Below are positions 23,608-36,375 of a stretch of 64,000 nucleotides of DNA, piece after piece. The notes beneath the pieces were generated by a model. It was not told the origin of the DNA. It saw nothing but the letters and a program-made list of their open reading frames with translations, and did not search any database. A program made the position numbers and the translations under genes. Every line of letters starts with the position of its first letter. Position 1 is the stretch's first letter. The stretch lies in contig NC_083277.1 of assembly GCF_963506605.1 (NCBI RefSeq), positions 93,434,001 through 93,498,000 on the forward strand. Direction: 5' to 3'. This stretch comes from Zootoca vivipara (Eukaryota).

Positions 23608-26600
23608 AACAGGGTTGGGGTGATCTGTCCCCAGCCAGTCCAGTCCTTAGTGGCTTGCTTTGGATCTATTTACAGTAACCCTGGAGAAAAACGTTGCTAG
23701 GTTGGTCAGTTTCCTACATTTGGGAACAACAACAAAAAAAGAAATAGAAATCCAGATTTCTTAAAACTCTTTTGAGTGTTCCCCAACATTTTATTTTAGG
23801 ATGATGGCAAGAATTTAAAATATGTGGCAAAAGGGTAGATTTGAAACTGAAGGGCAGATGGTGTCACTCTGTTTCTGGTGGCTGGAGTTTTGGGTCTTGC
23901 AAAACTGCTGCAGCATTTCTTAAATGTCGTGATTTCATGTTGTGCAAATGATTCACCCTGAAGTGTGTTCATGGAAGAGATGATGGAGCCATGAATCAGC
24001 AGATGGGTATTGCTTCGTTACTGAGGCTCTGATTGATTGACAAGCTATAAACAGGGAGGAAAGTTTCCTGATGCCATATTGAAGATTCTGCCTTCCTTCG
24101 TTGAGGTATGTCACATGCTTGGCCTGTCTGAGCCATCCAAAACACTCTCATGACCACTCTAACAGCCATTGCATCCCTCAAATAATCCTGGGAACTGGGA
24201 GCTACAATTCCCACCACCCATAAAAAAAACACACTACACTTCCCAGGATTCTTGGAGGAGAGCCATGTGTTTTAAATATAGATGGTGTGGATGTGACCTG
24301 GGATTGTCTCTTCCCCTGTGGCTCAATGGACTACATTTGTTCAACTTTTCAAGGGGCCATGCCCCACAACCATGCATTGGCTGTGGAATCCTTGCATTTT
24401 GTAGAAGAGTGTGGGACATGTTCTAGGGTGCTCAACCACACCCGGACAAACCTCTGGTTTGCCCTGCTGGGCTGCATGAAAAGTGCTTGCAGTTCCAAAC
24501 TGTCAATATTTTCATGCAACAAAAGCTGATTGGGGAAACAAACCCACTCCCCCCTTGCAAATATTGGACTTTGTTCAATAAGGATGAGCGTAAGTGATGG
24601 GAAAATGCACTGGAAAATACTTGATGCAACATAATTACCCAGTTGGGGGTGGGTGGCAGTTGTGGCCCATTGTGTCAGGCTCCAAGACCCCTGGGGGCAA
24701 TGTTCATCCAACTGGCTGGCATTTGGGTAATCCCTGGGCTGGCCACATGGCACATTGGGAGTTCCTGCTGGCCAGCAATTTGAATTCTGGCCAATCTGGC
24801 CAGGCCTTGGGAGCGGGGCATAGGAGCAGACTGCAGCATAGTAGTCGCCTGCGCTCCCGACCACTCCTAGCCATTAAAAACCGCCAGCAACTTTCCTCCC
24901 CGCCTCTGTGACTGTCCCCCGCCACACCACTCTTTTGTAACAAATAGCCGGTGAAGCGGTTTAGCAACAATTAAAACACTGATTAAAAATAAAACGAAGG
25001 CAGAGTCTTAAAATGGAACCCACCACAATAGTTATCACAAATGTGTGTTGAGCGACACATGGCCCCACCTACAACAGTTCATCACACCTGCTGGTGGAGT
25101 CAGAACATGAGCACAATGCTCCTGGTCGTTTGGTGCATCATGTGCAATCCCACTCATAGCTTAAAATGGAAAGGAATGGTTGGATAGCACTAGGAGCCCA
25201 CCCATCTGGAAGCAGCCTACGGCTGCTTGGTGATGCTGAGTCACAGGCAGCAATTTCTTGTCACTTGGTCCACGATAATGATGGCATGAATTTCCTATTG
25301 ATTTCGTTAGAATCCCAGTACCGATTTCCAGGTTCTGAAGGGCGCTTGTGCAAGGCGCACTCCCTCTTCCCCAAGCTGCCCCTGGGTCTCCATTTGGTCC
25401 TCACCATTGCTACCATCACCGGCTTACTGAGCAGGTTGAGAGCCAAATGAGGGTGCTGGGGCAGAGTGAGAGGCAGGTGAGTAAGCAGGTTACAATGGAG
25501 AACAGGAGGATGGCCAGGGAGCTACGGTCAGCCAGGTGCTTGCAAGAGTGTTGATTCCTGACCATGCTCACCCTTGCTGGTTTCAATGGGAATTCAAGTG
25601 TGAAGTATGCGAAAATAGGTGTGGGTGTGTTTGTTGGCATGGGGGGGGGGCAGGATAGGAAAAGGCAACTAAACATTTCCCCCATTCATCCTTCCCTTCT
25701 TTGTGGCCTGTTGATAAATCAGCAACACAGAGAAAGAAAGAGGAAAAAGCAGGGCAAGTGAAGTTCAAGGTAAAGGGGGAGATTTGTTTGTGAAATTTGA
25801 ATGAATCTCTCATGGACTCAAGTAGGACAAGTCCCAGATGAGAGCATCCCAAGCAAATGAAGGGTTTTGTGCATCTCTCCCTCCCCTCTTCTCCATCCAT
25901 TCCCTCACTCTTCTTATTGTGTTATAGATTATTAGCCTACTGGCAAGGAATTTTCTCCTTCTAAAGTATTGTACAGCACCTAGTCATTTTAGGCTCTTTA
26001 TAAATAAAATGTGATGACATTGATTATTATTTTTTCCATCGCAGTTCTGTATTTTGCAGGGCTTTATCTTAAGATTTTACATAATATTCTTGCATTTTTT
26101 TGCGGTAGTTTTTTTTAAAAGAGATTTTGTAACCCATCATGAACCCCCGCAAGAGAGAAACCTTGGTAATTAACTCACTCTAGATACTAGTTCTTTAGCC
26201 TTTTTTTTAAAAAATCAGATTTGATATTTAATTTTGAAGCTGAATTTCCTCGGGGAAATTCAGCCACAAGGCGTTTTGCTCTGAATGATCCGAGATAGAT
26301 TTGGAAAGCAAAAAGTCATGTGATGCATGCTCCATAATGCACACTCCTATGCTCAGTGGCATATTAGATGCTGAACAGTTGGTTGCAATGGATGGAGTCC
26401 AGCTTGGTTATTGGATATTTTGGATGCCTACCCCAACCCAACTCTTTCTGAAAATCATATTGGTTTTCATTTCAAATCATATCCAGCTCTGGGGTTGCAG
26501 CAAGATGCTTCACGTGTGAATTAGTAGCCCTATTTGTATTAAAAGGTGGAATCCAGTCAATTCCGCAGGGCCTGGATGAACATTGCAATGCAAATGGTTT

Positions 26601-27358
26601 TGTTCACCCACACCTGCACCATTTGTATTTTGTATTTTACAGACAGGTGAATACATTTGCTTGATCAGGGGGATTATTTCCCTGTCACTGTATTTGTTTT
26701 TACTGTGAACCACAAACAATCCTGAACCTCCAAAGTTTGGAATACTGTAGTTCATGATTGCAAATGAGTCTCACTCTCCCCATCTCTTTTTTCCAAAGAG
26801 ATTGCTTTAATTGCAACACAAAACTTCTGTTGCAAATGGCACACCAGCCCAACAGATGCATCAGTTGTTACAGAATGGGAGGATGAGGTGGGACTGCCCA
26901 TTTAGTTCTTCATTTTAATAAACCTGGTTGTAGTTTGCAACTTGGAGAGGTTGGGGCAGTCACTTAGTTTGCAGCTATCTAACTCTGCAGCCTTAAGAGA
27001 TGCAACTAGCTGTTCTGGTTGCTCAGCCGCTATAATTTATTACTGCCTGTTCCCTGTAGGGCATCAGACCCAGGGGCCAAATGTAGGCCTCCAGACCTTT
27101 TGGTCTGGCTCTCAAAACTCCCCTAGACCACACTTCTCACAGGCCCTCCCCCCCCCTTATGCATTGGCTCTATATGAGGGGAAGAAAATCTGTCTCTGTA
27201 GGTAAATGAATATTCTGATTTACATGTATTGATTTACTGGTCAAAGCCTTTACTGCCCCACCTGCAATAAAACATGTCTGTCCCATTTGCAGGGTTGACT
27301 TTACCCCTGAAGGTGCACTCTTCCATAGTCTCCTGAGACAGACAGATGCCAACAAATC

Positions 27359-27839
27359 AAGTCAAGTCAAGTCAATGTTTATTACGGCAAACAGCCAGCA
27401 TATTAAACCAGAAATTCTGCATAATTCTCTACATGAACAATAAAAGCAACTGATATGGGGTTTTAACAGTCAATATACAATACTTAAAATACAGGTCCAG
27501 CGGAATAAAAGAAATGAGATAACATTCCCTTTGGGTTATAATGAATTTTCAACCAGAGGGATATTGCTTGTTCCCAGACTTTTAATTCAACTCTGGGCAT
27601 TCCTGCCTCTTGTCTTAATATTACATTAGATGTGCTTTTAGGGTTGCCGAATAGGGATCTAAGAAATTTTGATTGAACTGTTTCGAGAATCTTAAGATTG
27701 GCAGAGTCCAATTTGTGAACCATAAAGAAGTTGGGCCAGAGATTTCGCCTGAAAGACTTTTAAGGCCATAGGAAGGAAGCCAGCACCTTTCCTTTTAAAT
27801 AGTCTAAGAATGGTGTTAGCACTTCTTTCTGCTGAGGTG
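27359..27839 (-). mobile_element. 5'-truncated non-LTR retrotransposon (RTE-X-like, tentative) with 14-bp TSD
   Basis: TSD gatgccaacaaatc at 27345-27358 and 27840-27853; (TTGAC)n tail on the - strand; ORF remnant LETVQSKFLRSLFGNPKSTSNVILRQEAG resembles a LINE ORF2 post-RT region. Confidence 0.75.
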
Positions 27840-28032
27840 GATGCCAACAAATCTACTGGCTAAAATGAACTGGTCAACAGCCCTAATGCATATCTCATTG
27901 CCTCCCCCCCCCCAGATCAACCTGAAGAATCAGCATCTTTTTAATTGATTACACCAAGGTTTTGATTCTCCATCTGGGTTCCAATCCAGCCATTCCTTTC
28001 TGCAAGGTGAGATCTTCCTCCGGGGCACAACC

Positions 28033-28612
28033 ATGACTACTTCTGCCTTGCGCCGGCAGGTGAAAAACATTGTGCACAATTACTCTGAGGCAGAGATCAA
28101 GGTGCGTGAGGCCACCTCCAATGACCCCTGGGGCCCCCCGAGCTCCTTGATGTCCGAGATTGCAGACCTGACCTTCAACACCGTGGCATTTGCCGAGGTC
28201 ATGGGCATGATCTGGAGGCGGCTGAACGACAGTGGCAAGAACTGGCGCCATGTCTACAAGGCACTGACTCTTCTGGACTACCTCATCAAAACTGGCTCAG
28301 AGAAGGTGGCTCACCAGTGCCGGGAGAACCTGTACACCATCCAGACCTTAAAGGAGTTCCAGTACATAGACCGCGATGGCAAGGACCAGGGCATCAATGT
28401 CCGGGAAAAGGTAAAGCAAGTGATGGGCTTGCTGAAGGATGAGGAGAGACTGAAGCAGGAGAGAGCCTATGCCCTGAAAACCAAAGAGCGGATGTCCCTT
28501 GAAGGCATGGGGATTAGCAGCAGCAACAGCCAGCAGCTTGCCTATGGGCGGCGGGCGTCACAGTACGGAGAAGACTATGGCAGGTCAAGAGAGTCTCCGT
28601 CCTCCTTTAATT
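28033..28612 (+). CDS. EPN3: Epsin-3 first coding exon (ENTH domain); exon acceptor at 27915/27916
   Basis: MTTSALRRQVKNIVHNYSEAEIKVREATSNDPWGPPSSLMSEIADLTFNTVAF... is the epsin-3-type ENTH; donor t|gtgagt; synteny after MYCBPAP. Confidence 0.97.
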
Positions 28613-29431
28613 GTGAGTAGTACAGTGTGACATGGGCGAGCTGCCTTGTCTTTGGTGGATCAAGATTTGTGGCTGCATTTCTGACCACCACCTTTGCCAG
28701 TGGAGCAGTCTGGATGAATGCCTCGTATCATTTGTGAATGGTCTTGAGTTTCCCAGGTGTGGAGTTGTTGGGGCACCTGGTCATGTGGGTGGAGCAGAAT
28801 AAGTATGTGTGCAGTTTTCAAGATACACATTCTGGGGAAGGTATTCTACGTTTCTCCCTATGATCGAATAAGGAAAGTTGGCAGGACCATTCCTGCCATT
28901 ACTTAGCATTGTGGTTGGGAAGTAAAGGGCAGCTGGGTGGAATGGATAAGGGCCCACGGAGAGAGAAACCATGAGCTGTGTAGAGTGCAGAAATCCTTCT
29001 TAACATTTCTACCTTCAGAATCTCTGGAAGCTCCAACCAATGTCCCCCCTGCTTTCCAAGTTCCAAGCAGAACCTTCATGCATATTTTTCAGATTCTCCT
29101 CTAGCTGTGAAGATAGAACTTGGGAGAAGTTGCAGGGAGAAATAGGATTAGGTGGAAGATTGTAAGTCCTGTGTTAGGATGCCTGCTGTAGCTAGTGCAG
29201 GGGCATGTACATTACAACAGGGACTGGGAACCTGTGGCTTCAGTTGTATTACAGTTCCCTTCATCCCTGACTATTGGCCATGTTGTCTGGGGCTGATGGG
29301 AGTCGGAGCCCAACAACATCAAAGGCCAGATTCCCCACCCATGTATTATGCAGTTCTTAAAAAGGAGATTCTCCTATGGAAATGACATGCAATGCACAGG
29401 CAGATAATCACGCAGCATGATAGTGCTAAAT

Positions 29432-29567
29432 CAGGCACCCCCAAACTGCGGCCCTCCAGATGTTTTGGCCTACAACTCCCATGATCCCTAGCTAGCAGGA
29501 CCAGTGGTCAGGGAAGATGGGAATTGTAGTCCAAAACATCTGGAGGGCCGAAGTTTGGGGATGCTTG
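29432..29567. mobile_element. Short palindromic hAT-type MITE
   Basis: 8-bp TSD tgctaaat at 29424-29431 and 29568-29575; same family as 1075-1210. Confidence 0.85.
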
Positions 29568-30182
29568 TGCTAAATGGTAATGGACTGCAGCTTTTTAAAG
29601 TGTGCACATTACACATATGCTATCACCACACATTAAAATCTACAAATGGATTTCGTGTTAACTCCTACAAAGAAGTACCTTTGATTTAAGAATTTTGTGA
29701 AGGGGTCTTTGGGGGCCAATCTACACAATAGATTTCCACCTTGGCATTACCTATGCCTCAGTGAACTGAGATTGAAATTCATGTCACTGCAGCAACAGGG
29801 CTAATCAGTCTCTTGATGCAGGTAGGGCAAGTATAAGAATGAGATTGGGGTGATTGTTACAAGGGTCCTCTGTTCGGTATGTAGAACCGGAAGCTCTCCA
29901 GATGTTGCTGGACTACAACCATTGGGTGTGCTGGCTGAGGCTGATGGGAACTGGAGTCCAAACATCTGAAGGGGAACAGGTACCCAATCCTTGGAGACCA
30001 CCAAACTTTTGGCCTCCACATTTCCGCAAAAGGAGGGGAGGGGGGGTAGAATGGGAAAGGCCATTTGTTGCAAAACCCAGGCAAATGCCAGATTCTGGAA
30101 CGGCTATGGACCATATTCAGCAGCCCCCAAGCTGGGCTCCACCCCATTTGCAGCATTAATTCATCTCTTCCTTGTCCCTCAG

Positions 30183-30301
30183 CCTCTTCCTCATCCCCCC
30201 GGTTCAATTCTGACCTGGAGCAGGCAAGGCCACAGACGACTGGAGAGGAGGAGCTTCAGCTCCAGCTTGCCCTGGCCATGAGTCGAGAAGAAGCAGAGAA
30301 G
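30183..30301 (+). CDS. EPN3: EPN3 exon (UIM1)
   Basis: SSSSPRFNSDLEQARPQTTGEEELQLQLALAMSREEAEK; ctcag acceptor, aag|gtaatg donor. Confidence 0.95.
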
Positions 30302-31408
30302 GTAATGTTTCAGCTTCCTTCTAGGTGTTGTTTTAAACCAGTGGTTTAATTAAGGGGTTGGACTCTCAACATGCACCATCACTGACCAGTTGGCTGGGGC
30401 TGATGGCAGTTAGAGCTCAACAACATCTCCAGGGCCACATGTCCCCAGCCTCTAAATCAGTGGAAAACTATCAGTAAGAAAGGCATGTTAGAGATTTGTG
30501 GATGTTTCCCACTGCTGTTAAGTGTGGCTCCCATCTCTTATTGGCTGCTCCATGTAAGCCTCATCATCTCAGGACATCAGGATGATGGGGATTTATTGCT
30601 TTGTTGATTTAGCATTCTTATACTGCGGGCACATATTCACCTTTCGACGGTAGACTCGAGTGTGCTTTAAATCAGGAAGATAAAGCTATTATAGACGGAG
30701 CGGAAGCCTGTACCTTCCATCTTCCCTTCTTCATGATGAAGGTCCTTTGAGGCTCATATTTAATGAAAATAGGTAAAGGACTAGGACACCAATACTATGT
30801 GCACTTGTTTTGAGAGTAAGCCCCATTGATCTCAGTTGGACTTCCTTTTGAGTAATTTTGTGTAGCTTGTAGTGCATTTTTGGAGCTTTGTTTGTGTGGT
30901 CTGGGAGCAATGCACCCGACATGGAAAGGAATGGCTATTACAATGGGTCAGTGCTTCATGGATTGCAGCAGTGATCTTATATGCAGGAATCTCTCACTTA
31001 GGCTTTTAATGTTTTTAACTGTGCCTGCTGTTTTTTTTTCATGGCAGCTATCAGCAGGCAGCTATTTCTCTTAGGCATTGCAAGTGGCAGGGACAGAACA
31101 TAGCCCAATGTGAACTATGTATGTAGGTCTTTTGGGTGCTGGTTGAGGCTCAATGTAGCACTTAGCTGGCGCTTCTGGATACTTTACAGGGAAAGGGAAT
31201 GCACACTTCCTTTTCATTGTGTTTTGTGCTCTGCAAATGGAGGTTCAACGAAGGACTTCACTCACCACCATGCAGCTAAATCAAATGTTGCACTTTCACA
31301 TTCTGTTTCCAGAGCTTCTCCTAATGCCCACTCCTCTTGCCTCTGCAATTCATCTGTGCAAGTTCTCATTTGGACGATAGAAAGAAGCACTGACAGAGAA
31401 GCGATCAT

Positions 31409-31584
31409 CAGGGCCATCTTAAGCATGTCGGGCGCCCGGGCGCCGTGGTGCGAAGATCGCTCCGGCGCCCCCCACGCCCCATTTCCCACTGCGGTTGTCT
31501 GGCGGGCACAGCCATGTGGCGCCCCCTGGCAGCCCTGCGCCCTGGCACCCTGCGCCACCCAGCCTTGCCTTAGAGCCGGCCCTT
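31409..31584. mobile_element. GC-rich hAT-type MITE
   Basis: cagggcc...ggccctt ends; 8-bp TSD gcgatcat at 31401-31408 and 31585-31592. Confidence 0.8.
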
Positions 31585-33857
31585 GCGATCATCATCTGCC
31601 ACTTTGACTGGTGTCGCTTCTTAAGCTCTGAATCCGCTCTTTTGGTTTTGCTTAATTTGAAATGACTTTCACCGTTGCAGTCCAGCGACCTAGTCCCTTT
31701 GTATGCTTTCCACGAGCAGACTTCCTATCAGCTGATCTGCTTCTCCCTTTCGAGGTAGCCCAAGCATTTGTTTACATGCACCAAACACAAGATTAGCTCT
31801 GAGGGCCTTTCTTATGTCAAGTGACACGAGTAGTGACATTGGAGACGCATGAAGGTGGCAAGGGAAAGACTGCCTTGGTCTTGAAATGTCGGCTGAAGGG
31901 GCTGGGATCCCACACTTAACGGCTTACATGCTTCTCTCAAGCTTTGACTGAAAGTATCTCACCAGCATATTCTTGTGAAGACCTGTTTCCTTGAAAAAAT
32001 ACATAAGCACTCCTGTCTCTACCACACACGTTGCTAAAGCCAGCTCACATCCTAGTCTCTTAGGGAGCCTAATTATCACGTCTCCATTGGGCACACTTTG
32101 ATTATTTTGCTTCATCTGCAAAAATGTCCATGGCCAGCTTTGGATATTCTTCTTGTAACAATAATCTTCATCTTAGCCATGCTAAGATGTAACAATAACT
32201 CATCATGGATATTGGATGTCGGCCATGAGAAGTATCTTCATGGGAAACTTGGCACAAGCCTTTAATCTGAGTCTACATTATTTTAAATGAAGCCGTCTCA
32301 CAGAGTACAGACCACCATCTACTGCATTTCATTTTAATAATAATATATTGCTCCCTGGGCTTGATGGATATATGGCCATTGTTTGCTTACCGGTACTTAT
32401 AGGGGTTGCTTGATAGCTAAGAGAAGCTCTAGGAGAAATCGGTCAATTTCAACATCACTTCTCTCTGTCAGCGTAGCTAGTTGAAAGGCTGGGGAACAGC
32501 TCCTGTGTCAACCTGGCATTCTGGGAACAGGATTCCTAGAATTTCTGAGAGATAACTTTCAAAGGCAACCCCTCCCCCCCCCAATATACTCCTTCTGTTC
32601 CCATAGAAGAGTACCACAGGTCTTTTGGGCCTACTCTAATTTGGTGAGTGATTTGCCCAATTATCCATGAGCTTCATTGAGGGAAATGGAACCCAAGCCT
32701 TAAGAGACAGCTTATCAAGGCATTAGCTGAGCAGGAGCACCATCTCAGAGATGAGATTCGGAAATTAAAGTATTGGAGTGCAAAGAAACTGAACTAGAGT
32801 GGGAAAGAGCTTGCTTATAAGGATTGCTTTATGAGCACTGAGCACAATGAAATGAAGTGTCCTAAAGGGCGAATTTGTGTTTGGGGGTAAAGACCTTAAA
32901 GGTGTTAGATTTCTAAGGGCGAAGGGTGTCTGTTCTGGAGCAAGGGAACTCTCGGAATCTCAGCTCTCAGAATTTCCGCCACTGTGAAGAAGCCAGGCAG
33001 GGGAGGAAGGGAAGGCTATTTGTGTCCTTAACAAACTTGCACAGCCAAGTGGAAGTGACAGCATTCCCACCTACCTGGGCCATCCTCTGTCATGCAGAGT
33101 AATTTTTTCCCCTCTGCTCCTGAAAGTAAGGATCTTCTAGTCTCACTGAATTATGCCTGCAGTGTGCCCTTTTATGCTTGGATACACCAGAGTCCATTTG
33201 CACATTTCACACAAGTGCCAACTAAACAGTCTATCTGACTGAGGAGGCCTTAGGACTTGCTGCTGTGTGTTCCTTGATGAGTTATGGAGATGAAATTCAA
33301 AGACGGGAATGTATTGTCTTTTGCAATTCCTCCGAGAGGTTCAAGGGTGTGTAAGTGGGGGCCTGTTCCTCTTTTCACCCTCATAACAACCCCACAGGGT
33401 GGGTCAGTCTAAAAGACTGTGACACTGACAGCTAGTTCAGACACTAGTTTAACAGCAGAGTCTCCTTAGTCATGTAAGGGCTGATCGCTACACCCAACAG
33501 ACTCCTGTCTCACTCTCATGCTAACTTCCCTTTGCACCACCACCTTCAGTCTGTGCAGTGCAGGTGGGATTGTGGGAAGATGAGGGAGAAGTTCTTCCAG
33601 GTCCCCAAATTTTGAGCAATTGAACATGCTGGGGGTGCTACATAATATCAGTTTGACAGCTGGCACTGCTCAAGGTGGGGAAACTGCCAAAAAAGCAAGA
33701 ACACCCCCCCCCCGAAAATTAATGACTTGGGGGAGGTGTCCAAAGGCACCATTGGGCCCACGAGTGCTACCTCGGGGATCTTCTCAGTTGGTTTCAGCAT
33801 GTGGAACCTTTTCTTACCTCATCCCCCTTCCCCTCCTTATTAACCTCCAGTGGGGGA

Positions 33858-34073
33858 TAGGGTTGCCAGACTCAATAGAGTACAGGACTTCTGTGCCTTT
33901 AATTGCCCTGCTCTCTTTTGAGTCTGGAAACCTTAAAGAGAAACCAGCAGACCCTTTTGTTTAATTTCCAAGCAAAGGGTCTGGTGGTTTCTCTTTAAGG
34001 TTTCCAGACTCAAAAAAGAGCAGGGCAATTAAAGGCACAGAAGTCCTGTCCTCTATTGAGTCTGGCAACCCTA
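33858..34073. mobile_element. Fold-back (fully palindromic) hAT-type MITE
   Basis: tagggttgccagactc...gagtctggcaacccta; arms complementary over about 100 bp; 8-bp TSD gtggggga at 33850-33857 and 34074-34081. Confidence 0.9.
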
Positions 34074-36186
34074 GTGGGGGAGACACTTCGTGTTGGTCTT
34101 TGTGATAACAACTCTAAACTTACTAGAGAGGGACTTAATTGATAGGCCACAAACCCAGTCCATTCCCACACAACAACAACAACAGCACAAATACAAATAA
34201 TAATATCTCAAAGATTAATTCCTCTAAAACAAGAGCCCACCTTTGGGGTAACAGAGCTATCCTTCTTCCAGGCCAGTCAGTCAGTCCCTGCCCCACTAGG
34301 GATCCAGAAGGAAGGACAAACAGAGAATGGGTGGTGGGTCAGTGTGTCAGTGTGAGGGTGTGGCTAAAGTACCGGAAGAGCTGTAGTAACTATCAAGGCT
34401 TAATCTCTTTAACCTGGAAAAGGATGGCTAACCCTTCCATTCAGTGATGCAGCAAAATGACTAGGCTGCCCCATGGTATAATCATGAGGATGCAGTCATA
34501 TCCTTCTAATTGTTTTAATTGTTAGGTGCAGAGTTGGAAAACAGGCCAGTGATACCTAATGGCAGCTATAACCCTTTGTTCTCTCCTACACAGCAATTTC
34601 TGTTTTCATACTGGGGATGACAAATGAAACTCACACATGCACATTTAGCACGGTGCGTTCTATTATAATCCCACCCCCTCCAACGTAACTCACCTTCCCC
34701 TTTTCCTCCTTAGAGTAGACTCACTTTTGCTCTTTTCTTACCTCCAGAAGCCCTCCTTTCGTTTCCCCAATATTTAGTTTGGGGACTGATTTACATTTGT
34801 TGGAAAACACAATTGTGCCGACACACATACCTGTACTGATGAATTCTGTTCGCTGTAAGGTTTTTTCTTTACGTAAAAGCTCAGCTAACCTCTTATGCCT
34901 TGTATCTAGGGATTGGTTCACTCCCTGTTTTGTACATTATACTGGCAGAGCTCCATTCTGAATTGGCACTGACTCTATTGTGGCCCCCCAGCATTCTGCA
35001 GCCCCTGTGCCAGTGGAGATTCCTTGGGGTAAGCGCTAGGGCTCAGGCCATCCTCATACTGATCTCGTAGTTTTTCATATCGCCTGTTCCCACCACAAAT
35101 TACCAGGAGCCTTGCAATGGTTTTTGCATCAGTGTCAGGGCTCTATAGCATTGTGGGTTGGACCACTGGACTGATGAAGAGTAGACTGAAGGCTTGTTCA
35201 CACGTCCCACTGATCACAGCTACAAGGTGCCTCTACACATGTGTTTGTGTGAAAGTGTGTATGCTTGTTGATCTGTACAGCTCGCCTATTGTGCACATAG
35301 GTTTAATGTTATTGCACGAGTGCAAAGCTCAACTGCTTGTGTACACAGATGGTACACTTGTTGAACGCAGTATGCGAACACCCTGTACTAAATTGCATTA
35401 TTATTGTGTGCCTCACCTGGAGTTAAGCCAAGGGCCTGTTCCTGCCAGCTAATGTCCCTCCTGCAAAGCTAGACTGTTTCATAGTTGGTGAAGGATTTAA
35501 AGGGTTCCACCCCCACCCCACACACCCCAGTGTAACAAAACAGACAAGCAAACACATCATTTTTATTACCATTGCATTCACTACCTGTGCTTACCGTTCA
35601 ATAATGAGCCCAAATTAGCTGCCAGCTGGCAATAGCTGCCAGCTGGCAAGTTAGCTACGAGCTGTCTACCGGTTGGCAGTATGCTAGAATGACTGCCTAG
35701 GGGCGATCATGTTAGGCACAGGCATTCAGAGAGCTTAAAGTTAGCACATGACTGCATTGTGCTTCTCCACAAGTAACTAGTTTGGACTTGTTGCCTTTGT
35801 ATCACCTGTATTGGGTAGGCATTTCTCAGTAGTTAAAGGCTGAATCAGCTCAGCTGTGTGTGATGAACGAGTTTTCACACAGTAAAGAAAAACCGCAAGG
35901 TGAGATAGCACATTCACCTCCTGCATTGTCCCGTTCCTTTACTTTACTGGTATTATTAGCTTTGTGCTCACGTTCCTTTATTGCAACATAAGCATCCCCT
36001 TATCTAAAGGTGCTACTAAAAGAACTCAGTGGCATATTTATCTGGAGGATTGTTTCTTGTTCGCAAGCATAAAGATGCCAACATAACAAATAAATCCTTT
36101 ATTTTAATCATTTCTGAAATAAGAGCATCGCTTATCTTTGCAACATTCACCTTGCGAGTACGACCAATTACATAGCAGCAGTGCGA

Positions 36187-36375
36187 AGGGCACTAGCTCA
36201 GTGGCAAGAGTTCTGTTTTGCATGCAGAAAAATCCCTGGTTCAATCCCCGGCATCTCCAGATGGGGCTGAGAGAGATTCCCCGCCTGAAATCCTGGAGGG
36301 CCACTGCCAGCCAGTGTAGACACTAATAAGCTAGATGGGAAGATTTTCTGACACAATATAAAACTATGTTCCTGA
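36187..36375 (+). mobile_element. tRNA-derived SINE (tRNA-Ala-like head)
   Basis: tagctcagtggcaagag...ttgcatgcagaaaaatccctggttcaatccccggcatctcca with A/B-box-like motifs, followed by a SINE body; degenerate relative near 19990-20120. Confidence 0.65.
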
